Shown here: positions 1 to 5,434 of the stretch, piece by piece
Layout: each line of letters begins with the position of its first letter
Numbering within the stretch: the first letter of the stretch is position 1
Virus record (IMG/VR): IMGVR_UViG_2541047172_000012
Length of the DNA stretch: 5,663 nucleotides
DNA from: a virus
Taxonomy: Duplodnaviria > Heunggongvirae > Uroviricota > Caudoviricetes
Reading direction: 5' to 3' (one strand)
Made by a program: the position numbers and the translations under genes
Notes under the pieces: model-generated
Told to the model about the DNA's origin: nothing
Seen by the model: only the letters and a program-made list of their open reading frames with translations
Database searches by the model: none

Positions 1-16
1 CCCTCGTTTTGAGGGA
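1..16. repeat. Partial first ori iteron (O-binding site) inside the O coding sequence
   Basis: Reverse complement of 1..17 is ATCCCTCAAAACGAGGG, the start of the lambda ori iteron consensus, with internal inverted arms CCCTC/GAGGG. Truncated by the window edge. Confidence 0.5.
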
Positions 17-365
17 TGCACCATTCTGAGATGTTTTTATTTGGTCCAAACATGCCGCCTTGCTGCTTGATAATATTCATTCTGACGAGTTCTAACTTGG
101 CTTCATTGCACCGTTTGACAGGTAACTTTGTAATCTCGCTAAGTTGAGAATCGGTGATTCTGTCCATTGGTTTATTCCACCCATAGGTTTTACGCAGAAT
201 GGCAAGCAGCACTTTAAACTGTCGCTTGGTCAGATCTGCGCCCGAATAAGCCTCAAGCAGCATATTTGATAGTCTGGCGTAACCATCATCGAGATCTGCC
301 ACATTACGCTCCTGTCCGGCAAAGTTACCTCTGCCGAAGTTGAGTATTTTTGCTGTATTTGTCAT
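1..365 (-). CDS. O: Replication initiator protein O, N-terminal 121 codons; gene continues past the window start
   Basis: Reverse-complement translation from ATG at 365..363 reads MTNTAKILNFGRGNFAGQERNVADLDDGYARLSNMLLEAYSGADLTKRQFKVLLAILRKTYGWNKPMDRITDSQLSEITKLPVKRCNEAKLELVRMNIIKQQGGMFGPNKNISEWCIPQNEG, which matches lambda O as I recall it. Absent from the ORF track because it runs off the window and the track shows another frame (325..684). Confidence 0.95.
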   Translation of the reverse strand, partial: MTNTAKILNFGRGNFAGQERNVADLDDGYARLSNMLLEAYSGADLTKRQFKVLLAILRKTYGWNKPMDRITDSQLSEITKLPVKRCNEAKLELVRMNIIKQQGGMFGPNKNISEWCIPQNE

Positions 366-368
366 AAT
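340..368 (+). promoter_or_regulatory. Candidate oop promoter (Po)
   Basis: TTGAGT (340-345), 17-bp spacer, CATAAT (363-368), placing the start near 375-376 on the strand antisense to O/cII. Confidence 0.45.
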
Positions 369-375
369 GACTCCT

Positions 376-452
376 GTTGATAGATCCAGTAATGACCTCA
401 GAACTCCATCTGGATTTGTTCAGAACGCTCGGTTGCCGCCGGGCGTTTTTTA
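376..452 (+). ncRNA. oop: oop antisense RNA, about 77 nt, overlapping the 3' end of cII
   Basis: Position matches lambda oop relative to cII/O, and it ends in an intrinsic terminator (stem 426-432/439-445, U-tract 446-451). Exact 5' end is from recalled lambda coordinates. Confidence 0.6.
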
Positions 453-691
453 TTGGTGAGAATCGCAGCAACTTGTCGCGCCAATCGAGCCATGTCGTCG
501 TCAACGACCCCCCATTCAAGAACAGCAAGCAGCATTGAGAACTTTGGAATCCAGTCTCTCTTCCACCTGCTGATCTGCGACTTATCAACTCCCACAGCTT
601 CCGCTGTCTTCTCAGTTCCAAGCATTGCGATTTTGTTAAGCAACGCACTCTCGATTCGTAGAGCCTCGTTGCGTTTGTTTGCACGAACCAT
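398..691 (-). CDS. cII: Transcriptional activator CII (97 aa)
   Basis: Track ORF 398..751 contains MVRANKRNEALRIESALLNKIAMLGTEKTAEAVGVDKSQISRWKRDWIPKFSMLLAVLEWGVVDDDMARLARQVAAILTNKKRPAATERSEQIQMEF from the internal Met at 691..689, preceded by the lambda-like AAGGAAATACTTACAT leader. The upstream in-frame Met at 751 lacks an RBS. Confidence 0.95.
   Translation of the reverse strand: MVRANKRNEALRIESALLNKIAMLGTEKTAEAVGVDKSQISRWKRDWIPKFSMLLAVLEWGVVDDDMARLARQVAAILTNKKRPAATERSEQIQMEF
426..451 (+). terminator. Intrinsic terminator of oop RNA
   Basis: 7-bp GC-rich stem CGCTCGG/CCGGGCG (one G-U pair), 6-nt loop, followed by TTTTTT. Confidence 0.7.
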
Positions 692-705
692 ATGTAAGTA
701 TTTCC
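669..705 (+). promoter_or_regulatory. PRE promoter with CII-binding direct repeats
   Basis: TTGC (669-672) and TTGC (679-682) separated by 6 bp, flanking the -35 region, with a weak AAGTAT -10-like hexamer downstream. It overlaps the cII start on the opposite strand and points toward cro/cI antisense, as in lambda. Confidence 0.6.
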
Positions 706-770
706 TTAGATAACAATTGATTGAATGTATGCAAATAAATGCATACACCATAGGTGTGGTTTAATTGGAT

Positions 771-802
771 GCCCTTTTTCAGGGCTGGAATGTGTAAGAG
801 CG
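771..802 (-). promoter_or_regulatory. nutR site: boxB hairpin (771-785) and boxA (795-802), lambda type
   Basis: Reverse complement gives CGCTCTTACACATTCCA (boxA) and GCCCTGAAAAAGGGC (boxB), identical to lambda nutR as I recall. Located between cro and cII on the PR transcript. Confidence 0.85.
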
Positions 803-809
803 GGGTTAT

Positions 810-1019
<210 letters not shown>

Positions 1020-1034
1020 TTAGTACATGCAACC

Positions 1035-1063
1035 ATTATCACCGCCAGAGGTAAAGTAGTCAA
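1035..1063 (-). promoter_or_regulatory. PR promoter
   Basis: On the minus strand, -35 TTGACT (reverse complement of 1058-1063) and -10 GATAAT (reverse complement of 1035-1040), overlapping OR1/OR2 and driving cro. Confidence 0.85.
1037..1053. promoter_or_regulatory. Operator OR1
   Basis: TATCACCGCCAGAGGTA, exact match to the lambda OR1 17-mer. Confidence 0.9.
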
Positions 1064-1077
1064 CACGCGCGGTGTTA
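1061..1077. promoter_or_regulatory. Operator OR2, one central base different from recalled lambda OR2
   Basis: CAACACGCGCGGTGTTA versus lambda CAACACGCACGGTGTTA (reverse complement of TAACACCGTGCGTGTTG). Spacing to OR1 and OR3 is conserved at 7 and 6 bp. Confidence 0.85.
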
Positions 1078-1104
1078 GATATTTATCCCTTGCGGTGATA
1101 GATT
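1075..1104 (+). promoter_or_regulatory. PRM promoter giving leaderless cI mRNA
   Basis: -35 TAGATA (1075-1080) and -10 TAGATT (1099-1104), with the cI ATG at 1111 and no Shine-Dalgarno, as in lambda. Confidence 0.8.
1084..1100. promoter_or_regulatory. Operator OR3
   Basis: TATCCCTTGCGGTGATA, the reverse complement of lambda OR3 TATCACCGCAAGGGATA. Confidence 0.9.
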
Positions 1105-1107
1105 TAA

Positions 1108-1824
<717 letters not shown>

Positions 1825-2198
1825 AGAGGATAGATGGAGTTTAATGGCCATGAGTATCAAGCGGTCAAAAAGAAGTTCATCTATTCATTGAAAGCATAAG
1901 GCCATCTGAGTATATCCGTAATGATCTGGATATTGTCTATAACATCAATGACCGGACGATAGATATCGGTGAGCAGCGTCCTGTATGGCAGGGTGAGGCA
2001 GGTGAAAAAACGTCCTGCCATCAACAAGAATCAAGTGCATCCGCTCTCTGGACAGATGGAAAATTTATTGGATGCAAAAAGATATGAAATAACACCTGTA
2101 TAGCACGGAGCTTTCTCTGACCGATGCACTTGAAGTTGTTAGGGCTGACCCAGCCTGCTGTTTCTTTAGGTAAGAGAAAAGAGATTTAGGAGATGAAA

Positions 2199-2225
2199 GG
2201 TCGCAGAGGTGCGGCCTTTTTTATT
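2199..2225 (+). terminator. Intrinsic terminator closing the non-coding region downstream of cI
   Basis: 7-bp stem GGTCGCA/TGCGGCC (one G-U), GAGG tetraloop, followed by TTTTTTATT. Confidence 0.6.
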
Positions 2226-2234
2226 GAGAGTGGA

Positions 2235-2267
2235 TCTTGAACGGAAATTCTCAAGACTTGAGTCTTG
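2235..2267. promoter_or_regulatory. Overlapping inverted repeats upstream of the 173-aa gene (operator-like)
   Basis: TCTTGA-N10-TCAAGA (2235-2256) and CAAGAC-TTGA-GTCTTG (2252-2267) share an arm. A GCATGC palindrome follows at 2266-2271. Confidence 0.35.
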
Positions 2268-2293
2268 CATGCAAATCAATTCCTGGATAAACT
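2265..2293 (+). promoter_or_regulatory. Candidate sigma70 promoter for the 173-aa gene
   Basis: TTGCAT (2265-2270), 17-bp spacer, TAAACT (2288-2293). It sits just downstream of a terminator and about 30 bp upstream of a purine-rich RBS (AGAGAGAGAG) and the ATG at 2326. Confidence 0.3.
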
Positions 2294-2325
2294 CGATCTG
2301 AGTCAATAACTTAGAGAGAGAGCAA

Positions 2326-2847
2326 ATGGCAAAGTCAAACGTTAGCGTGCAGGCATTCAAGGACTTCCTTGAAGAGCTTATGTCGCTGAACATAATGAAG
2401 GAGGCCACCGCTCGAAATTTAAAAAACTCATCCGCTCGCCTCTTAACGGTAGTCCAAGAAGAGGAAATGGGTGATGTTACTCAGCTTGATGTGAATGAGC
2501 TTGCCGAGCGATACATCAACGCAACTGAGCCGAAGCCTAGCGACAGCAGCATTACTGCATATAAAAGCCGCATGGAAAGTGCAATCAAAAAGTTTGTAGC
2601 TTTCCAGTCTGGTGAAGAAATCCCATACACTCCGATTGACAAAGAATCCAGTGAGGAAAAAGATTTGACTGGCGAACCAACAAAAGTCGAAGGCAAGGCT
2701 AATGCACTTCATACCTATGATCTTCCAGTAGTTCTTCGACCTGAATCAGGGGTTACAGTAACGATTAAAGGCATTCCTAACGATATCACAAACGAAGAAG
2801 CCGAACGCATCTCTTCAATTCTGAAGGTTTACGTTCGGCCTCAATAA
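2326..2847 (+). CDS. Hypothetical acidic protein (173 aa); cargo gene at the position of lambda rexA/rexB
   Basis: Clean 173-codon ORF with a purine-rich RBS, MAKSNVSVQAFKDFLEELMSLNIMKEATARNLKNSSARLLTVVQEEEMGDVTQLDVNELAERY... No resemblance to RexA/RexB or any family I recognise; E/D-rich, no obvious HTH or hydrophobic segment. Opposite-strand ORFs overlapping it are shorter and lack signals. Confidence 0.7.
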   Translation: MAKSNVSVQAFKDFLEELMSLNIMKEATARNLKNSSARLLTVVQEEEMGDVTQLDVNELAERYINATEPKPSDSSITAYKSRMESAIKKFVAFQSGEEIPYTPIDKESSEEKDLTGEPTKVEGKANALHTYDLPVVLRPESGVTVTIKGIPNDITNEEAERISSILKVYVRPQ

Positions 2848-3020
2848 TGCAAAAGCATTCAGCACAATGTCCAACTCCCCAGTCCGACATTGATGCTGTT
2901 TAACCAGAGCCTCCAAAAGGAGCCCTTGTTAAGGTACACAATATTTGCGATGTAACCTTAGCGCGTCTGGTACATTTTTTCAAGCGGTTGTAGGGCTGCC
3001 GCCAATATGAGAAAACACAG

Positions 3021-3143
3021 ATGTCTACATACAATTTGAATGACCAATTCGATCGAGAAGTTCATGTGAATGCCTATGAACGGATAAGGCATGGAAATCT
3101 TGAACATGTGTGTGAGCATTATCGCTCAAGGCCACACCGCTAA
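3021..3143 (+). CDS. Candidate small ORF (40 aa, His/Cys-rich), or the body of a terminator-capped small RNA
   Basis: ATG at 3021 to TAA at 3141-3143 encodes MSTYNLNDQFDREVHVNAYERIRHGNLEHVCEHYRSRPHR, ending 7 nt before a strong intrinsic terminator. No convincing Shine-Dalgarno; a possible promoter (TTCAAG-18-CAATAT, 2979-3008) would make it near-leaderless. Confidence 0.25.
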   Translation: MSTYNLNDQFDREVHVNAYERIRHGNLEHVCEHYRSRPHR

Positions 3144-3150
3144 TCATCAA

Positions 3151-3179
3151 CCCGGCCTCCATGCCGGGTTTTCTTTTCC
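3151..3179 (+). terminator. Strong intrinsic terminator, positionally analogous to lambda tIMM
   Basis: Stem CCCGGC (3151-3156) / GCCGGG (3163-3168), 6-nt loop, then TTTTCTTTTCC. Confidence 0.75.
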
Positions 3180-3357
3180 TCTCGCCCAAAAAAACACATA
3201 ACCAATTGTATTTATTGGAAAATAAATAGATACAACTCACTAAACAACGCAATTCTGATCTCTCCTTACATCGCCGAGGCAATACACCCACGCTAAAAAA
3301 CAATACTATTAAATACAAAGCGTTGTAAAAAAACGCCCCGTTTTAGAACAAATTGTA

Positions 3358-3386
3358 TTGACCAAGTGAAGTACATATCGTACTAT
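3358..3386 (+). promoter_or_regulatory. PL-like promoter upstream of nutL and N
   Basis: TTGACC (3358-3363), 17-bp spacer, TACTAT (3381-3386), set in an AT-rich region about 190 bp upstream of N. Flanked by short inverted repeats (TACAAAGCGTTGTA 3314-3327, ACAAATTGT 3348-3356, AGTAC-N5-GTACT 3370-3384) but no lambda-type 17-mer operators. Confidence 0.5.
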
Positions 3387-3432
3387 TTAACCATCAGCAG
3401 GACGCTGGAAGCCAAATGGAACAGACTGGCAG

Positions 3433-3477
3433 GCTCTTTAAACAACGTCGACTCTCGACTACGTGGCTGAAAAGCCA
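3433..3477 (+). promoter_or_regulatory. nutL-like site: boxA (3433-3445) and boxB hairpin (3464-3477)
   Basis: GCTCTTTAAACAA resembles the boxA consensus (CGCTCTTTAACAA). Downstream, TGGCT-GAAA-AGCCA forms a 5-bp stem with a GAAA loop. Both lie in the leader between the promoter and N. Confidence 0.5.
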
Positions 3478-3575
3478 GATCACCCAACCACATAAGCTGT
3501 GGGATGCAATGCCGAAGCAACCGTCTCAGGAGGAGCTTCGAGATTGCATCGCCAAAGTTTATTCGGGAGGAATCT

Positions 3576-3848
3576 ATGTCCAGAAAAACAGAATTTAAAG
3601 GCACCGCAGCTTCTCGCCGTAGAGCTCGTCGCGCAAACCTGCAAAGTCAGGAGGCGATTAGCTCCGACAAACTACACAGGCCAACCCCATCACGAGTGGT
3701 CTTACAATGCAAACGCAAACCAGCAATGAGAGCAGAAGTAATAACACTGACAACGTTGACCAGAAAATATGAAGGCTCAACTTGTCTTCCAAATGTAGCT
3801 CTTTACGCGGCAGGCTACCGTAAATCCAAACAACTGACAGCAAGATGA
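3576..3848 (+). CDS. N: Antitermination protein N, P22 gene-24-like rather than lambda-like (90 aa)
   Basis: Start chosen at ATG 3576 with strong RBS GGGAGG (3565-3570); the track ORF begins at an upstream Met (3504) with no RBS. It has an N-terminal arginine-rich motif (TAASRRRARRANLQ) and a C-terminus CLPNVALYAAGYRKSKQLTAR that closely resembles the P22 N C-terminus as I recall it (LLPGVALYAAGHRKSKQITAR). Confidence 0.75.
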   Translation: MSRKTEFKGTAASRRRARRANLQSQEAISSDKLHRPTPSRVVLQCKRKPAMRAEVITLTTLTRKYEGSTCLPNVALYAAGYRKSKQLTAR

Positions 3849-3898
3849 CTTGTGTTGGTCGCCAGAAAATGAAATTAGGCAGCAAACCACTTATTTGA
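3845..3898 (+). pseudogene. Relic of a lambda/21-type N C-terminus in the +1 frame, overlapping the N stop codon
   Basis: Frame open from 3824; ATG 3845 to TGA 3898 encodes MTCVGRQKMKLGSKPLI, resembling the C-terminal residues of lambda N (ITCSGRQKIKGKSIPLI) and phage 21 N (VTCVGRQKIKLGSKPLI), both from memory. Confidence 0.45.
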
Positions 3899-3906
3899 GG
3901 TGATAT

Positions 3907-4158
3907 ATGGAATTTCATGAAAGTGCGATTTGTGATTTTCGCGCTAACGCAAATTCAGTAAAACCACAGCCAATTGCAGTTCTTTTTAAAACAATGGGTG
4001 CGTGGGCTGTTTTATGCTTCGCCGCTGACGACACTGACGCAAGAATGGCAATAGGACAAGAGATGGAGATGGACCCGACAAACGATGAATTCATAATTTA
4101 TGGCGCTCCATCTAATTACTTACTTGATACCTGCAACATTTACAACAAGGCTGCCTGA
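3907..4158 (+). CDS. Hypothetical small protein (83 aa), first gene after N in the leftward early operon
   Basis: ATG 3907 preceded by RBS GAGGTGA (3898-3904); MEFHESAICDFRANANSVKPQPIAVLFKTMGAWAVLCFAADDTDARMAIGQEMEMDPTNDEFIIYGAPSNYLLDTCNIYNKAA. It sits where lambda has ral or small orfs; I do not recognise the sequence. Confidence 0.65.
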   Translation: MEFHESAICDFRANANSVKPQPIAVLFKTMGAWAVLCFAADDTDARMAIGQEMEMDPTNDEFIIYGAPSNYLLDTCNIYNKAA

Positions 4159-4204
4159 TGGTGGCCTTTATTTTTGGCATAAACAACAGAATAAACACAG
4201 CACT

Positions 4205-4232
4205 GTGTATTCATTCCAACGAGTGAATACAC
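4205..4232. repeat. Perfect 9-bp inverted repeat with 10-bp spacer in an intergenic region
   Basis: GTGTATTCA (4205-4213) ... TGAATACAC (4224-4232). No adjacent T-tract on either strand, so it is not a typical intrinsic terminator. Confidence 0.5.
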
Positions 4233-4294
4233 GGAGCAATGTCGCTCGTAACTAAACAGGAGCCGACTTGTTCTGATTATTGGAAATCTTCTTT

Positions 4295-4320
4295 GCCCTC
4301 CAATGTGAGGGCGATTTTTT
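4295..4320 (+). terminator. Intrinsic terminator upstream of ea10
   Basis: Stem GCCCTC (4295-4300) / GAGGGC (4307-4312), 6-nt loop, then GATTTTTT. Confidence 0.65.
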
Positions 4321-4340
4321 ATCTGTGAGGATATGAACAG

Positions 4341-4709
4341 ATGTCAAACATCAAAAAATACATCATTGATTACGACTGGAAAGCATCAATAGAAATTGAA
4401 ATCGACCATGACGTAATGACAGAGGAAAAACTTCACCAGATTAATAATTTCTGGTCAGACTCTGAATACCGACTCAATAAACACGGCTCTTTATTAAATG
4501 CTGTATTAATCATGCTGGCGCAACATGCTCTGCTTATAGCAATTTCAAGCGACTTAAATGCATATGGTGTTGTGTGTGAGTTCGACTGGAATGATGGAAA
4601 TGGTCAGGAAGGATGGCCTTCAATGGATGGTAGCGAAGGAATAAGAATTACCGATATCGATACATCAGGAATATTTGATTCAGATGATATGACTATCAAG
4701 GCCGCCTGA
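4341..4709 (+). CDS. ea10: Ea10 protein (122 aa)
   Basis: MSNIKKYIIDYDWKASIEIEIDHDVMTEEKLHQINNFWSDSEYRLNKHGS... matches lambda Ea10 as I recall it, in the correct position upstream of cIII. Confidence 0.85.
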   Translation: MSNIKKYIIDYDWKASIEIEIDHDVMTEEKLHQINNFWSDSEYRLNKHGSLLNAVLIMLAQHALLIAISSDLNAYGVVCEFDWNDGNGQEGWPSMDGSEGIRITDIDTSGIFDSDDMTIKAA

Positions 4710-4732
4710 GCGCGGCGTTACCGCATACCAAT

Positions 4733-4756
4733 AACGCTTCACTCGAGGCGTTTTTC
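4733..4756 (+). terminator. Terminator-like hairpin between ea10 and cIII
   Basis: Stem AACGCTTC / GAGGCGTT (with one G-U pair) around an ACTC loop, followed by TTTTT. It may be a partial terminator or a structure affecting cIII translation. Confidence 0.4.
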
Positions 4757-4781
4757 GTTATGTATAAATAAGGAGCACACC

Positions 4782-4946
4782 ATGCAATATGCCATTGCAG
4801 GGTGGCCTGTTGCTGGCTGCCCTTCCGAATCTTTACTTGAACGAATCACCCGTAAATTACGTGACGGATGGAAACGCCTTATCGACATACTTAATCAGCC
4901 AGGAGTCCCAAAAAATGGATCAAACACTTATGGCTATCCAGACTAA
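4782..4946 (+). CDS. cIII: CIII, inhibitor of FtsH that stabilises CII (54 aa)
   Basis: RBS AGGAG (4771-4775); [54 protein letters not shown] matches lambda CIII. Below the track's length threshold, so it was found by manual translation. Confidence 0.93.
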   Translation: MQYAIAGWPVAGCPSESLLERITRKLRDGWKRLIDILNQPGVPKNGSNTYGYPD

Positions 4947-5058
4947 ATTCACTATCGCCACTTTTATTGGCGATGAAAAGATGTTTCGTGAGGCCGTCGA
5001 CGCTTATAAAAAATGGATATTAATGCTGAAACTGAGATCAAGCAAAAGCATTCACTAA
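4915..5058 (+). CDS. kil: Kil, host-killing and FtsZ-inhibiting protein (47 aa)
   Basis: Internal Met of track ORF 4789..5058: [47 protein letters not shown], with RBS AGGAG (4901-4905). It overlaps the cIII 3' end and the gam 5' end as in lambda. Confidence 0.9.
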   Translation: MDQTLMAIQTKFTIATFIGDEKMFREAVDAYKKWILMLKLRSSKSIH

Positions 5059-5429
5059 CCCCCTTTCCTGTTTTCCTAATCAGCCTGGCATTTCGCGGGC
5101 GATATTTTCACAGCTATTTCAGGAGTTCAGCCATGAACGCTTATTACATTCAGGATCGTCTTGAGGCTCAGAGCTGGACGCGTCACTACCAGCAGATCGC
5201 CCGTGAAGAGAAAGAGGCAGAACTGGCAGACGACATGGGAAAAGGTCTGCCCCAGCACCTGTTTGAATCACTCTGCATCGATCATTTGCAACGCCACGGG
5301 GCCAGCAAAAAAGCCATTACCCGTGCGTTTGATGACGATGTTGAGTTTCAGGAGCGCATGGCAGAACACATCCGGTACATGGTTGAAACCATTGCTCACC
5401 ACCAGGTTGATATTGATTCAGAGGTATAA
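5013..5429 (+). CDS. gam: Gam, inhibitor of host RecBCD nuclease (138-aa long form; short form starts at 5133)
   Basis: [55 protein letters not shown]... matches lambda Gam. The internal start at 5133 (MNAYYIQ) has RBS AGGAG at 5121-5125. Confidence 0.93.
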   Translation: MDINAETEIKQKHSLTPFPVFLISLAFRGRYFHSYFRSSAMNAYYIQDRLEAQSWTRHYQQIAREEKEAELADDMGKGLPQHLFESLCIDHLQRHGASKKAITRAFDDDVEFQERMAEHIRYMVETIAHHQVDIDSEV

Positions 5430-5434
5430 AGCGG

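Noticed and set aside
325-684. 119-aa minus-strand ORF spanning the O start, the O-cII gap and most of cII
   Set aside because: It is out of frame with both O (ATG at 365) and cII (398..691), which have clear lambda identity and RBSs. It is a shadow ORF.
453-713. 86-aa plus-strand ORF antisense to cII
   Set aside because: It lies entirely within cII on the opposite strand. This region is known to give the untranslated oop RNA and PRE antisense transcript, not a protein.
398-751. Extended 117-aa version of cII starting at Met 751
   Set aside because: The lambda CII start (MVRANK) is the internal Met at 691 with a proper RBS. The upstream extension covers the PRE/tR1 region and has no ribosome-binding site.
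2166-2712. Minus-strand ORFs 2166..2408, 2443..2712 and 2481..2696
   Set aside because: They overlap the plus-strand terminator and promoter region and the 173-aa gene in antisense, and have no RBS or promoter. The plus-strand gene has the better start context and length.
3132-3148. Possible lambda operator half-site CACACCGC
   Set aside because: Only one half resembles an OL-type site and the other half is unrelated. It lies inside the small ORF, more than 200 bp upstream of the promoter.
1937-3223. Expected rexA and rexB genes
   Set aside because: No frame in this interval encodes anything like RexA (MKNGFYATYRSKNKG...) or RexB. The interval has different content, described as cargo above.
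3025-3318. 97-aa minus-strand ORF
   Set aside because: It reads through the strong plus-strand terminator hairpin and the AT-rich promoter region, and has low-complexity composition. It is unlikely to be coding.
3325-3344. A7-CGCCCCG-T4 element as a bidirectional terminator
   Set aside because: The stem is only 6 bp and mostly A-T, with a 3-nt loop, so it is too weak to call a terminator. It may simply be part of the AT-rich promoter-upstream region.
3504-3575. Upstream in-frame start for N at 3504 (114-aa form)
   Set aside because: No Shine-Dalgarno precedes 3504, whereas GGGAGG sits 5 nt upstream of ATG 3576. The 90-aa product matches typical N length with the arginine-rich motif near the N-terminus.
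3383-3918. ORFs 3383..3604 (-), 3416..3598 (+), 3499..3729 (+) and 3658..3918 (-)
   Set aside because: They overlap the nutL leader and the N gene in other frames or antisense. N at 3576..3848 has the strong RBS and the family-typical motifs.
4789-5058. 89-aa track ORF as a single gene
   Set aside because: Only the C-terminal 47 codons (from 4915) correspond to Kil. The upstream part is an alternative frame of cIII, which is the real gene at 4782..4946.
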